The position numbers and the translations under genes were made by a program. A stretch of DNA of 64,000 nt from positions 7,360,001-7,424,000 of the forward strand of contig CAVUSO010000001.1 in NCBI GenBank assembly GCA_963744145.1. The letters run 5' to 3'. The notes beneath the pieces were generated by a model. That model saw only the letters and a list, made by a program, of their open reading frames with translations, did no database searches and had not been told where the DNA came from. The stretch is from an uncultured cyanobacterium (lineage in GTDB: Bacteria > Cyanobacteriota > Cyanobacteriia > Cyanobacteriales > CAWUOF01). Below are positions 18,426 to 29,397 of this stretch, piece by piece; position 1 is the stretch's first letter; each line of letters starts with the position of its first letter.

Positions 18426-20351
18426 GTGCAATGGATGATGATGGATGATAAACGTCGTGAAGCTGATCTTAATCTGATCCAAGCACTACTCAGTAGTTCG
18501 AGTGGTGACATACCTGATTTGCTAAAGACCAACCAAGATTTGATTGATATTGGTTTGTTGCAAACAATGGAACAGATTGCGGTAATTTTAGATGAAAGGG
18601 TAGATGGCAATCAGGCGGTTTTTTTAAGAAATATCGCTGCCCAACTAGCGGCCCAAGTTGGTTTAGTCCTACCCAATACCCGTGAAAGTGACTCAAGCTT
18701 TGCTTTAGCACCAACTTTCTTAGCGAAAGTCTTACAAGTTACCTTAGAAAGTAATGGCGATCGCGAAGTAATCTATAACCACTTGATTGAAAATTTAAAC
18801 CAAATTGATGAGCAATTGGCCCAAAAGTTGCGAGCTTGGGGTATGGCTACTCTGCGGGAAATTAGAGCAGAAGAAGCCCAGTCAGTGACCAAAGTGGTGG
18901 GGAATTTTAGCAATCGGATTCGGGATTTTCCGCTCGGAGATATTGCTAGTAACTTGGAAATCGCGATCGCTGGTTATGAAGTAGTAGCAACTATATATAC
19001 TCGGGAAAATTTTCCCATCCAGTGGGCTACTAATCAAAATAATCTGGGCATAGCTTATTGTCAACGAATCAAGGGCGATCGACAAGAAAATTTAGAAATG
19101 GCAATTCGCTGTTATCAAAGAGCTTTACTGATTAGAACTAGCAGCGTTTTTCCCGCTCAATGGGCCAAAACACAAAATAATCTGGGGTTAGCTTACCTCG
19201 AACGTGAACAAGGAAATCGTTCGGAAAATATAGAAATAGCCATTAGGTGTTATGAAAGTGTCTTACAAATCCGCACCCATGAACTTGTACCCTGGGAATG
19301 GGCTATGACCCAAAATTATTTAGGGATAGCTTATTTGCAACGTTTACAAGGAAATCGGGCAGAAAATGTGGAAATGGCAATCAAATGTCTGAATCATGCA
19401 CTGACCGTCTATACCATTGTCAATGCGCCCGAAAATTGGGCCACTAGCCAAAGTCATTTAGCTAATGCTTATTTAGAGCGTAGAACAGGAGATCGGGGAG
19501 CTAATTTGGAGCAAGGAATCGTTTGTATTCACAATGCTTTGAAAATTTATAACATGAGAGCTTTTCCCCAGGATTGGGCGAATTGTCAAAAGTTATTAGC
19601 GACCATGTATATATATCGTCACCAAGGTAAGCATTCTGATAATTGGGAAACAGCGATCGCTTGTTACGAAAATGCTTTACAAGTTTATACTTTAGAAAAA
19701 TTTCCCCAACAATGGGCAGGAATCCAAACTAAGTTAGCAGCACTCTATCGTCAGCGTCATCGTGGTCATCGGGTGGAAAACTTGGAAAAAGCGATCGCTT
19801 ACTATCAAGCAACTTTACAGGTTTATAACTACGAAAAATTTCCCCAACAGTGGGCAAAAGTTCAAAATCATCTGGGCACTACTTATATTTATCGCATTCA
19901 TGGTGATCGTTCTCGCAATTTCCAACTAGCGATCGCCGCTTATGAAAAAGCCTTGACGATCTATACTCTCACTACATTTCCTCAAGATTATGCTCAAACT
20001 TTATTTAATTTGGGATTAGTTTATAAAAAAGCCAAACAGTTTCAGTCAGCCTATAATGCTTTAGAATCAGCGATCGCGGCTGTGGAATTTCTCCGTGAGC
20101 AAATCAGCTCTAATCAGTCAGCTCAACAAAAATTAAGTAGAAGGTATGCTAAACTCTATCGTTATATGGTGGAAGTTTGTTTGGAATTGCGGAAAAATCA
20201 GCCCCAGTATTATGTCAAAGCGATTGAATATACTCAACTTAGTCAAGATTCAAAATTGAAACAACTTTTGGATGCTTCTAATAATGTTGATCATACTGCG
20301 ATTACTGGTGATCTAATTATTAAAATGCCTACTCCTGATTCTTTAGTCTAG
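18426..20351 (+). CDS. TPR repeat protein of the CHAT-associated type, no CHAT domain
   Basis: Repeated ~46-aa units FPxQWAxTQNNLGxAY...ENLExAIxxY. Confidence 0.85.
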   Translation: MQWMMMDDKRREADLNLIQALLSSSSGDIPDLLKTNQDLIDIGLLQTMEQIAVILDERVDGNQAVFLRNIAAQLAAQVGLVLPNTRESDSSFALAPTFLAKVLQVTLESNGDREVIYNHLIENLNQIDEQLAQKLRAWGMATLREIRAEEAQSVTKVVGNFSNRIRDFPLGDIASNLEIAIAGYEVVATIYTRENFPIQWATNQNNLGIAYCQRIKGDRQENLEMAIRCYQRALLIRTSSVFPAQWAKTQNNLGLAYLEREQGNRSENIEIAIRCYESVLQIRTHELVPWEWAMTQNYLGIAYLQRLQGNRAENVEMAIKCLNHALTVYTIVNAPENWATSQSHLANAYLERRTGDRGANLEQGIVCIHNALKIYNMRAFPQDWANCQKLLATMYIYRHQGKHSDNWETAIACYENALQVYTLEKFPQQWAGIQTKLAALYRQRHRGHRVENLEKAIAYYQATLQVYNYEKFPQQWAKVQNHLGTTYIYRIHGDRSRNFQLAIAAYEKALTIYTLTTFPQDYAQTLFNLGLVYKKAKQFQSAYNALESAIAAVEFLREQISSNQSAQQKLSRRYAKLYRYMVEVCLELRKNQPQYYVKAIEYTQLSQDSKLKQLLDASNNVDHTAITGDLIIKMPTPDSLV

Positions 20352-21259
20352 TCAATATTAATCCCTAATGCTTGCAAGCGATCGCGCAATTTTTGTTGTT
20401 GTTGACGTTCGATTTCTAAAGCTGCGATCGCATTAGCTCTTTCCGATTCAGCAAGTAAAGCTTTTTGACGTTCGATTTCCTTTGCTTGTCGCTCTTGTTC
20501 TAAGATAGCTTGAGTTTGTTCTAAATTAGCTTGAGTTTGTTCCAAATCAGCTTGAGTTTGTTCCAAATCAGCTTGAGTTTGTTCTAAATTAGCTTGGGCA
20601 ACTTCAGCTTTTTCTGTACCCAATAAAATCAAATTCCCCTCACGGTCATAAAATCTAGCCCAAGTAGCACTTTCCTTTAAAATTGTTCCTGTCCATGTCC
20701 CTAACCATAACTCCAAGACTTCACACCATAACCAACCCCTGTCATCGGGCACCATTTCCTGATAAATTCCATTTAACCCTAAATACCATCCCTGTAATGA
20801 TTCTGGTTGGAACGGGTCATACAGAAAATAATTTCTCGTCCGAAAGGTTTGTTCGTAAATTTTCTTCTTCTCGTTTTTGTCTTGATTGGCGGTAGTTGGT
20901 GAGATTAATTCTACAATCACATCAGGATAACGTCCTTGTTCTTCCCACAAGATCCAACTTTTCCTTTCTTTAGTCCCATCCACATCTAAGACCACAAAGA
21001 AATCAGGTCCACGAAAATCCTGACTTTTGACCTGTTTACTACTAAAATAAATAAACATATTGCCACCAGCAAAATAGTCATTTCGTCCTAAATTAGCTTG
21101 ATGGACAGCTTCAATCAACGCATTCATAGCGATCCGATGACGATTACTTTCCAAGGGTTCTCCGTCGTCATAAATTAAGTCTGTTGGGGGTAAAGGGATG
21201 AGCGAATCTGGTGCTACCAAATTTGATAAGGATTCTTCTTGGATCAGGTTGGTAGACAT
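20348..21259 (-). CDS. Uma2 family protein with heptad-repeat tail
   Basis: DDGEPLESNRH, RGPDFFVV, PDVIVELISP; (QADLEQT)n 21-bp repeats. Confidence 0.9.
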   Translation of the reverse strand: MSTNLIQEESLSNLVAPDSLIPLPPTDLIYDDGEPLESNRHRIAMNALIEAVHQANLGRNDYFAGGNMFIYFSSKQVKSQDFRGPDFFVVLDVDGTKERKSWILWEEQGRYPDVIVELISPTTANQDKNEKKKIYEQTFRTRNYFLYDPFQPESLQGWYLGLNGIYQEMVPDDRGWLWCEVLELWLGTWTGTILKESATWARFYDREGNLILLGTEKAEVAQANLEQTQADLEQTQADLEQTQANLEQTQAILEQERQAKEIERQKALLAESERANAIAALEIERQQQQKLRDRLQALGINID

Positions 21260-21445
21260 ATTTTAATATATCACTTATGGGATTATCAACATTTTATCAT
21301 AAAAAAAACTTGGTAAGTGGGAAACGAGCGCGGCATTGGCGATCGCTCCCTAATATCCCAGTCTGAAAAACCTTTTCTGAGTTTCCCCTGTTTCGACGGT
21401 TGTGGGGGTTCTATAATGAAATTCAACCAAAGCAACTAGATTACT

Positions 21446-21838
21446 ATGGAAATTTCAATACAAGAACAAGTATCAGCATTGAGAGAACGAGTTAGCCAGG
21501 ATGAGACGGAATTTGGGAAAAGAACCAATATTTTACTTGATGAAATCCTCGTACTTCAGGCAGAAAATTCTTCCTTTGACAAGAAGTTAGACAGCCTTAC
21601 TGAAAGAATGGATTCCCTCACTGAACGAGTAGATTCCTTAGCATATAGCCAGCAGCAATTGACAGCTACTGTCACAAGCTTGTCCGGATTAATGATGGAA
21701 TTAGCGCAACGCAATATCGCATTAGCACAACGGGATAACGAATTAGCACAACGCAGTGCAGAAGATCGAGCCGAGATCAGACGCATCTGGGAATATTTAC
21801 AACTGCAACAGAGAAACCAAGGCAATGGACAAGGTTAA
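21446..21838 (+). CDS. Hypothetical coiled-coil protein
   Basis: Heptad repeats LDSLTER and LAQR; C-terminal EIRRIWEYL. Confidence 0.7.
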   Translation: MEISIQEQVSALRERVSQDETEFGKRTNILLDEILVLQAENSSFDKKLDSLTERMDSLTERVDSLAYSQQQLTATVTSLSGLMMELAQRNIALAQRDNELAQRSAEDRAEIRRIWEYLQLQQRNQGNGQG

Positions 21839-21929
21839 CAAAACTAATCAACCGGATTCAATCGCTGTAATTATTTATAGCTAAAGTTTTCAAGCTTTAT
21901 ATCTGTTTGATTAGTATTTGAAAGGTTCA

Positions 21930-22622
21930 TTAAGGGTGAATTTGACTCAAAACGACTCGCAAACGATCGTAATCATCCTTCAGCAACATATTTAGCGATC
22001 GCCCAGCTTTGACTAACCAATGACGATCAGCTTTCCGTAATTGATAAACTTCCCGAATTGCCGCTGCGGTTAACGCTTCTACAGGTGCTCCCATGACTTG
22101 GAGTAAAGTCCGGAGAAAATCGAACTGTTCAGTAAAGTAGATTACCTCTTCTATTTCACACTGATAAACAGCTTGATGAATTTGGGGAGGACGGGGGGGA
22201 ATATATTGATACACCTTACCGGGCATATTTTTAGCACCATTCTGATGAGACTGAGGTTGTTGAAAGCCTACAATTGCTGCTCGAAACTCAGTTTTTAACA
22301 TCGCAAAAATTTGCGGTTGCTGCGATCGCAATTCTGACAATGATAACCCTAATGCTCGGGCTCGATGAACTGAATCGATTGGTGCAGTAGTAGCAGCATA
22401 AACTACCGCATACACTTGATTACCTGATTCTTCATCAACAGCTTTCACCCAACTACCAAAAGGTGGCATAATGGGAAAACTTAAGTCTGCTGGTTCTAAA
22501 CACTGCGCTAAAAATTCTGTTGTTGCCGTTTCAATTACTTCCCCAATATGATGAGGATGACGATTTCCAGCAGTAAACTGGGGTAAGGGTAAACGCATAA
22601 TCTTGTTACTAAAAATAATCAC
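21930..22622 (-). CDS. HAS-barrel domain protein (likely start MRLPLPQF at 22598)
   Basis: IGEVIETATTEFLAQC, MPPFGSWVK, PPRPPQIH. Confidence 0.75.
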   Translation of the reverse strand: MIIFSNKIMRLPLPQFTAGNRHPHHIGEVIETATTEFLAQCLEPADLSFPIMPPFGSWVKAVDEESGNQVYAVVYAATTAPIDSVHRARALGLSLSELRSQQPQIFAMLKTEFRAAIVGFQQPQSHQNGAKNMPGKVYQYIPPRPPQIHQAVYQCEIEEVIYFTEQFDFLRTLLQVMGAPVEALTAAAIREVYQLRKADRHWLVKAGRSLNMLLKDDYDRLRVVLSQIHP

Positions 22623-22661
22623 TTGAGGTCATTGATCAGTAATCAATCAATGACCAAAATC

Positions 22662-22871
22662 CTATTTAGCCTTTTTGCGACCAGCGGTAGCATCAACGAC
22701 TTCTAACTCCGTTAAGCGGAAAGTTACCAATTTATCCCAGTTACCACCTTCAAAAAGTACAGCAACTTTACCATCACTAACTCGTTGAACTTGACCTTGA
22801 AAACGATAATAAGTATCGCTGGGATTCTTTACACGAACTGCGGCTCCTGGTAAAATCATAATTCCTGCCAA
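22662..22871 (-). CDS. ndhS: NAD(P)H dehydrogenase subunit S (likely start MILPG at 22859)
   Basis: [10 protein letters not shown]...[26 protein letters not shown]. Confidence 0.93.
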   Translation of the reverse strand: MAGIMILPGAAVRVKNPSDTYYRFQGQVQRVSDGKVAVLFEGGNWDKLVTFRLTELEVVDATAGRKKAK

Positions 22872-22938
22872 TGGTAGTAAAAAACAATTATTTTGGGCTG
22901 ATCAATCAAATTATAATTGATCATCACCAATCCCACTC

Positions 22939-24193
22939 CTAAAACTTTAAGCGACGATAATTAGATACTGATTCGACTAGACCGATCGCCAAAAAATTAG
23001 TTAACATGGCCGAACGTCCATAACTGAGCCAGGGGAGCGGAATCCCTGTAATGGGGGCAATTCCGATTGTCATGCCAATATTAACGAGCATTTGAAAGAC
23101 AATCATCGAAAGAACACCAATCGCTAACAGAGAACCAAAATTATCGCGGGAGTTTTGGGCAATAATCACTAATCTTAAACAAATCAACCAAAAAGTAACC
23201 AGGACTAATAAACAGCCAATAAAGCCTAACTCTTCACCGATCGCGGAAAAAATAAAATCTGTATGTTGTTCCGGAATGAAGTTGAGTTGAGTTTGAGTAC
23301 CTTGATTGAGTCCCCGTCCCCAAATTTCCCCAGCTCCGATCGCAATCCGGGACTGAATTAAGTGATATCCAGCCCCTAATGGGTCTTTATCGGGGTTCAG
23401 AAACATAATCAAACGGTCTTTTTGATAATCTTTTAACAATCCCCAGAGAATATCACCCAACTTACCACAGATGACATTGACCGCGATCGCACCCAACCCA
23501 CCCAACCAGGGCCAAGGGAGGGTACGCCAAGCAATGAATCCCATGATCGGGACCCAGAAAAACCAGATGTGCATAAATCCGCTATAGAGAATCGCGGATA
23601 CAAAAGGAGAAATCAACAATAACAACCAGCCCGGATTAGCACCAGCCCAATAGAGCATCCCAAAAGTAATCGCTCCGAATACCAAAGAAGTGCCTAGATT
23701 TGGCTGTAAAAATACTAAAACCCAGGTAACCGAGGTAACCGAAAGAGCTTTAATTACGACCCGAATACTAGAAGCACTTTCCCCATGTAATAAAGCGGCA
23801 AGTGTAATAATCACTCCGAGCTTGGCAAATTCTGAGGGCTGAACGTGAAAACCAGCAATATTAATCCAACGCTCTGCTCCATTGGCACTCGTCCCAATGA
23901 ACATCACCGCAATCAAAGAAATATTAATAAATCCATAGATGATCCATTTCCACTGAATCAAGATATCGTAACGCCAGACGGGCAATGAGCATTACTAACA
24001 ACACACCAATCCCACCCAAAATCCAATGGGGCCACCAATCAATTTGGTTGCGGTGTAATTCGGTACTGCGAATCATCACCCCACCAAAAAAGGTCAGACC
24101 AGTAGTTAGGGCTAATAGGGGCCAATCTAGCTCTTGCCAGGGTTGTAACCAATATCGGAAACGAAATCGGTTGAAGGGCTTTTCCACAAACAT
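22939..24193 (-). pseudogene. rodA: Rod shape-determining protein RodA, split by a +1 frameshift near 23977
   Basis: QPSEFAK, FIPEQHTDFIF and GIPLPWLSYG SEDS motifs; N-terminus lies in the adjacent frame (ORF 23924-24193); removing one base gives LIAR-WRYD. Confidence 0.9.
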
Positions 24194-24230
24194 ATTTACA
24201 AAATTAGAGAAAAAGAAGTTAGTTGGAAAT

Positions 24231-25316
24231 TTAAGTCAAAGCAGCGATCGAGACTTGAGCAGCAATCCGAGCAGCGATCGCACTCAATGCTCGGGCTGAA
24301 GCTGACTCGGGAGCGGATACCACGATCGGGATACCCTGATCACCCCCAGCGCGGACAGGAATTTCGAGAGGAATACAACCTAATAAAGGGATTTCTAATT
24401 CAGTAGCAGTTTTTGCACCACCACCTGAGCCAAAAATGTCATATTGGCGATCGGGTAAATCGGGGGGGATAAAATAACTCATATTTTCAACAATGCCCAA
24501 GATCGATACTCCTAATTGCTGAAACATTTTCAAACCTTTGCGAGCATCTAAGAGAGCAACGGACTGAGGTGTAGTGACAATGACCACTCCTGACATTGGT
24601 ACTGATTGAGCTAGGGTTAATTGGGCATCACCAGTACCAGGGGGCATATCAACAATGAGATAATCTAGTTCTCCCCACTGGACTTGGTAGAGAAATTGAC
24701 GAATGATTCCATTTAGCATCGGACCGCGCCAAATTACAGGTTGATCTGGGTCAATTAAAAAAGCCATAGAGACTAGCTTGACACCATAATTAAAAGCAGG
24801 CTCTAATACCTGTCCCTGGGGAGATGAGTGGACAGTAATTTGGGCATTGGTCAGACCCAGCATCGCTGGGGCATTTGGGCCGTAAATATCGGCATCAATT
24901 AAACCAACTTTGGCACCGGTTTGGGCGATCGCTACAGCCACATTCACAGCTACCGTACTTTTGCCCACACCACCTTTCCCACTAGAAATGGCCAGAATAT
25001 TTTTAATTCCCGGAATTCCGGATCGATCTGGCAATTCTTTTTGAGTCGGTGTTTCGGCAGTCACCTTGACGAAAACATTCTTCACACCTGGTAAAGTTTT
25101 CACAGCACGTTGACAGTCTTCCACAATAAATTCTTTTAAGGGACAGGCTGGTGTAGTCAGGACTAAAGTCAGACTGACATCACCTGAGTCGATGCTAATA
25201 TTACGAATCATATTCAATTCCACTAGGCTTTTGTGCAGTTCCGGATCTTGCACTGGTCTTAATATTTCTAAAATTGCACTGGGATCAAGCTGATTGGACA
25301 TAAGATTAAGCTCCAA
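24231..25316 (-). CDS. mrp: Mrp/NBP35 family Fe-S cluster carrier ATPase
   Basis: DPEL...LTTPACP domain; SGKGGVGKST, WRGPM, DMPPGTGD. Confidence 0.95.
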   Translation of the reverse strand: MELNLMSNQLDPSAILEILRPVQDPELHKSLVELNMIRNISIDSGDVSLTLVLTTPACPLKEFIVEDCQRAVKTLPGVKNVFVKVTAETPTQKELPDRSGIPGIKNILAISSGKGGVGKSTVAVNVAVAIAQTGAKVGLIDADIYGPNAPAMLGLTNAQITVHSSPQGQVLEPAFNYGVKLVSMAFLIDPDQPVIWRGPMLNGIIRQFLYQVQWGELDYLIVDMPPGTGDAQLTLAQSVPMSGVVIVTTPQSVALLDARKGLKMFQQLGVSILGIVENMSYFIPPDLPDRQYDIFGSGGGAKTATELEIPLLGCIPLEIPVRAGGDQGIPIVVSAPESASARALSAIAARIAAQVSIAALT

Positions 25317-25506
25317 ATTTTAGTTTTGGGGGTAAAAAATTCTTAATGGATCTTAACCTGAGTGTCTACATTTATTAGTTGAGTTTTACCGGTTGTAGTA
25401 GTCTGGAAGCATGGGTGCAAATTTAGTTGGCTGAGAATCTTTGATTCTCAAAATCTCAAAGGCTAGGTTTTGACTGATATATTTTCCGCAAAACTAGGTT
25501 ATATAT

Positions 25507-26562
25507 TTGCAGGAAGAACATACACAAGTAAAAATTATGACGGCTTCATCAATTTCCGAGGTAATTACTACCAATCCGTTACCCGCTCAGGACTCTAAGG
25601 TGAGAGTGAGTGAGTTCATGCGCCAAGTACAAGATGAAATTTGTCAAGGACTAGAACAACTAGACGGAAGTGGTAAATTTAAAGAAGACAGTTGGGATCG
25701 TCCCGAAGGGGGTGGTGGTCGTTCACGGTTGATGCGCGATGGTAATGTATTTGAGCAAGGTGGGGTGAATTTTTCCGAAGTTTGGGGAGAACAATTGCCC
25801 CCATCGATCTTAGTCCAACGTCCAGAAGCGGCGGGTCATGGATTTTATGCCACCGGGACTTCGATGGTGTTGCATCCCCGTAATCCTTATATTCCCACGG
25901 TTCACCTCAATTATCGCTATTTTGAAGCTGGTCCAGTATGGTGGTTTGGCGGTGGTGCTGATTTAACACCTTATTACCCTTATGCTGAAGATGCGATCCA
26001 TTTCCATCGTACCCTTAAAGAAGCTTGCGATCGCCACCATCATGAATATTATCCAGTATTCAAACGCTGGTGCGATGAATATTTTTATTTGAAACATCGA
26101 CAAGAAGCACGGGGAATCGGGGGTCTCTTTTTTGACTACCAAGATGGTCAAAGCCAATTATATCGCGGTCCAGATCAACATGGTGCGGCGGCTACCTATA
26201 GTCAGCAAATCCAAAACCTCCCAGTCCGCAGTTGGGAAGATTTGTTTGCGTTTATCCAAGAATGTGGTCGGGCATTTTTACCGGCTTACGCTCCGATTGT
26301 CGAACAACGTCGTACTCTTGAGTATGGCGATCGGGAACGTCAATTCCAACTATATAGACGCGGACGCTATGTGGAATTTAACCTAGTCTACGATCGAGGC
26401 ACCATCTTTGGTCTGCAAACCAATGGACGCACAGAAGCAATTCTGATGTCGTTACCTCCCTTGGTACGTTGGGAATATTGTTATCAGCCAGAACCCCATA
26501 CCCATGAAGCCCAACTCTATGAAACTTTTCTCAAACCGCAAAATTGGGCCGATTCCGAATAG
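25507..26562 (+). CDS. hemF: Oxygen-dependent coproporphyrinogen III oxidase (likely start 25537)
   Basis: [41 protein letters not shown]. Confidence 0.97.
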   Translation: MQEEHTQVKIMTASSISEVITTNPLPAQDSKVRVSEFMRQVQDEICQGLEQLDGSGKFKEDSWDRPEGGGGRSRLMRDGNVFEQGGVNFSEVWGEQLPPSILVQRPEAAGHGFYATGTSMVLHPRNPYIPTVHLNYRYFEAGPVWWFGGGADLTPYYPYAEDAIHFHRTLKEACDRHHHEYYPVFKRWCDEYFYLKHRQEARGIGGLFFDYQDGQSQLYRGPDQHGAAATYSQQIQNLPVRSWEDLFAFIQECGRAFLPAYAPIVEQRRTLEYGDRERQFQLYRRGRYVEFNLVYDRGTIFGLQTNGRTEAILMSLPPLVRWEYCYQPEPHTHEAQLYETFLKPQNWADSE

Positions 26563-26819
26563 GCTTGTGCAATGTCTAAGTTAAACTACTGGAAGTAAGC
26601 AAATAATTAAAGGGTGATAATTTGTTTGTAGCCTGTCGAAAATTAAATTAGTCTCGACAGTCGCCCTCACAGGTTAGCCCATTGACCCATATTCACTGGA
26701 GACATCATCCTTAGATATCACCAGACAATTACCAAAGATGTGATTGTCTCAAATTACTAGGGTTGAGGGCCGGTGCAAACTTTGTTGTAAAGATTAACAA
26801 TTTTTGAGGGAGAGGATCA

Positions 26820-27191
26820 GTGATCCACATCGAGCAGAAAACCCACACGACTCAGGATGGCAACACCGTAATTGTCTTGGCACCTACCGGACGCTTAGAT
26901 ATTACCACCGCTTGGCAATTTCGTTTAAAGTTACAGGAGTGCATTTCCAAACTCAGTCGCCATGTAGTGGTGAATTTGGGCCAAGTTAATTTTATCGATA
27001 GTTCTGGTCTCACATCTCTAGTAGCAGGAATGCGAGATGCAGACAAGGTTAAAGGCAGTTTCCGTATATGTAACGTTCATCCAGAAGCCAGATTGGTGTT
27101 TGAAGTCACAATGATGGATTCTGTGTTTGAAATTTTTGAAACAGAACAAGATGCACTAGAGGGTGTGCCCCGCAGCACTATGGCCAGCTAA
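26820..27191 (+). CDS. STAS-domain anti-sigma factor antagonist
   Basis: GRLDITTA and FIDSSGL phosphorylation motif. Confidence 0.92.
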   Translation: MIHIEQKTHTTQDGNTVIVLAPTGRLDITTAWQFRLKLQECISKLSRHVVVNLGQVNFIDSSGLTSLVAGMRDADKVKGSFRICNVHPEARLVFEVTMMDSVFEIFETEQDALEGVPRSTMAS

Positions 27192-27207
27192 ATTTAGCTT
27201 GATGCTC

Positions 27208-27240
27208 TTGACATTCCCACCCCGACTGGGGATGGGATTT
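27208..27240 (+). terminator. GC-rich hairpin after the STAS gene; resembles an IS200/IS605-type end relic
   Basis: TTGACAT-TCCCACCCC-GACT-GGGGATGGGA-TTT. Confidence 0.35.
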
Positions 27241-27459
27241 GCCAAAGTTTTTGAGTTTAAATATCGGCAAATTGGGAATTGACTGGTTCAATTAGATTGT
27301 CATGTCCGTTGCTACCGGTCATGGCTTCTTGTTTCATGGACTGAAAATAACGGGGATTACTAATCAAGCATGAGTGATGAAGTGATAATTGATCTGTGAT
27401 CTTGGCAAACTTGACTTTAAAGGAGACAATGGGATCAAGTCGCCCTCAGTGTCTATCCA

Positions 27460-28209
27460 GTGAATAACGTTCGTACTGTATCCGATACTAAACGAGCTTT
27501 CTATACCCATCACACTCGCCCGATTAACTCAGTTTATCGCCGGGTCGTGGAAGAGTTGATGGTAGAAATGCATCTGCTTTCAGTCAATATCGATTTTCGC
27601 TATGACCCCATTTATGCCCTCGGTGTGGTCTCCTGCTTTGACAAGTTCATGCAGGGCTATACTCCAGAACGAGATAAAGACTCGATCTTTAAAGCCCTAA
27701 CTCAGGCTTTAGGGGAAGATTGTCAAAAGTATCGACAGGATGCTCAACGATTGCAAGTAGTGGCTAATCAACTTGCAGGTCAAGATTTAGTGGCAGCTCT
27801 GTCACAAAAAGAATTTGTTGATGGTGCGGTCGATTTACGCGAAATTATCTCCGGGATTGCTAATAATCCACGATTTAAATATAGTCGTCTATTGGCAATT
27901 GGTCTTTTTACTTTGTTAGAATTAGCAGAACCGGAATTTGTCAAAGATGAAAAACAGTTGCTAGAAACGTTCAAGCAAATTTCTGAGGTGTTAAATCTCT
28001 CTGTAGATAAAATCCAAAAAGACCTCGAATTGTATCGTAGTAATTTAGAAAAAATGCTTCAAGCCCGCATTGTACTGGAAGATACAATGCAAGCAGAACG
28101 AAAAAAACGCCAACAACGTGACAACGAGAAAGATGCAGTAGCGCATTCTGCTAGTGATGTTACTGAATCAACCCCAATGTCAGATCCTGCTCAGGAACAA
28201 GATCCTTGA
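27460..28209 (+). CDS. psb29: Photosystem II biogenesis protein Psb29 (THF1)
   Basis: RTVSDTKRAFY...YRRVVEELMVEMHLL, FKYSRLLAIGL, KDLELYRSNLEK. Confidence 0.96.
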   Translation: MNNVRTVSDTKRAFYTHHTRPINSVYRRVVEELMVEMHLLSVNIDFRYDPIYALGVVSCFDKFMQGYTPERDKDSIFKALTQALGEDCQKYRQDAQRLQVVANQLAGQDLVAALSQKEFVDGAVDLREIISGIANNPRFKYSRLLAIGLFTLLELAEPEFVKDEKQLLETFKQISEVLNLSVDKIQKDLELYRSNLEKMLQARIVLEDTMQAERKKRQQRDNEKDAVAHSASDVTESTPMSDPAQEQDP

Positions 28210-28543
28210 TGTGATTAGCTAGATCCCGAAAAGTCGTCATTGTTGCTGGGATGATGATCTGTCTAACATTGGTGCCCGAGGACAATAATTCAGGAGAAAA
28301 AAATGTTCATGAAGTAAAATTAGCGTGATTGCAGTTTTTCTTACATTGTGGAAATAACTGCAATCAATCAGGATCTGATTCACTGATATTTATGGTCATT
28401 AGTAGTCGGAGAAAAGTAAAATTAATCAACCGTCGAGAAAACAATTTACTGATTTCTCAACTCCAATCATCAGCAGCAAATGTAGTTAATATTTAGAATT
28501 ATTGATTTGTAGGTTTAAGTTTTAAAGTCTGTGGGAGTCGGTT

Positions 28544-29368
28544 GTGGTTAGTGATAAAATTCTAATTATCGATGACAGCATTGTGATTCGGATGAGTTTC
28601 CGACAAATGTTACCTCTGGGTAACTTAGAAATTTTGGAAGCTAAGGATGGTAATGAAGGACTTAATCTAATTTATCAACAACAGGTAAGTTTGATTATGT
28701 TAGATTGGATTATGCCCCGGATGAGTGGTTGGGACTTGTTTCAGAAAATTCAGCTTGAACCAAAGTTTCGAGGGATTCCCTTAGTGGTAATGTGTGGTAG
28801 ACGAGAAGAGGTAACTGAAAAAATTGCCGAGCCTTTTGAAAATTTTGAATTTCTGGAAAAACCGTTTAATCACAATACTTTGGTGTCCGCGATCGCTAGA
28901 GCTTTTGCTAAAGTTAATCTTCCTTGTTGGTTACAGGAAAAAGAACTGGTTACACCAGGGTCTGATGAACCGACAAATTTAAACTCCTTCACATCTGATC
29001 AGGTCGTGATTGGTAATCAAAATCCACTCACGGAAAATTCTGGGGTAATGGAGTCTTTAGCGAAAATTAAACTAAATTTAGAAAGTCCCAATGCGGAACA
29101 AAGGATTCCAGCGATTAGGTCAGCATTAAAATATGGTCCTGATGGGTTAGATTTAGCAATTCATGCTTTAAAAAATGAATCGGAAGAGATCAAAATTGCG
29201 ATTTTAGAACAGGCACATAATTATGGTGAAGAAGGGATAGAATTATTAATGCAAGCATTAAGAGATCGATCGGAACAGATCCAACAAACTGCGTTTTGGT
29301 TACTTTGGGATCGGACCGATCCTGGAGTAACTGAGGCATTAATTAATTTTTTAGCTAATAAACGGTAG
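28544..29368 (+). CDS. Response regulator receiver domain fused to HEAT-like repeats
   Basis: IIDDS, MLDWIMPRMSG and EKPF receiver motifs; two C-terminal YGxxGxxLxxxALxxxS repeats. Confidence 0.8.
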   Translation: MVSDKILIIDDSIVIRMSFRQMLPLGNLEILEAKDGNEGLNLIYQQQVSLIMLDWIMPRMSGWDLFQKIQLEPKFRGIPLVVMCGRREEVTEKIAEPFENFEFLEKPFNHNTLVSAIARAFAKVNLPCWLQEKELVTPGSDEPTNLNSFTSDQVVIGNQNPLTENSGVMESLAKIKLNLESPNAEQRIPAIRSALKYGPDGLDLAIHALKNESEEIKIAILEQAHNYGEEGIELLMQALRDRSEQIQQTAFWLLWDRTDPGVTEALINFLANKR

Positions 29369-29397
29369 AATTGACAAAAAACTGCAAGAGTTAACCA

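Noticed and set aside
21930..22622. HerA/NurA or defence system around the HAS-barrel gene
   Set aside because: No ATPase or nuclease partner nearby; it sits in a housekeeping run with ndhS and rodA
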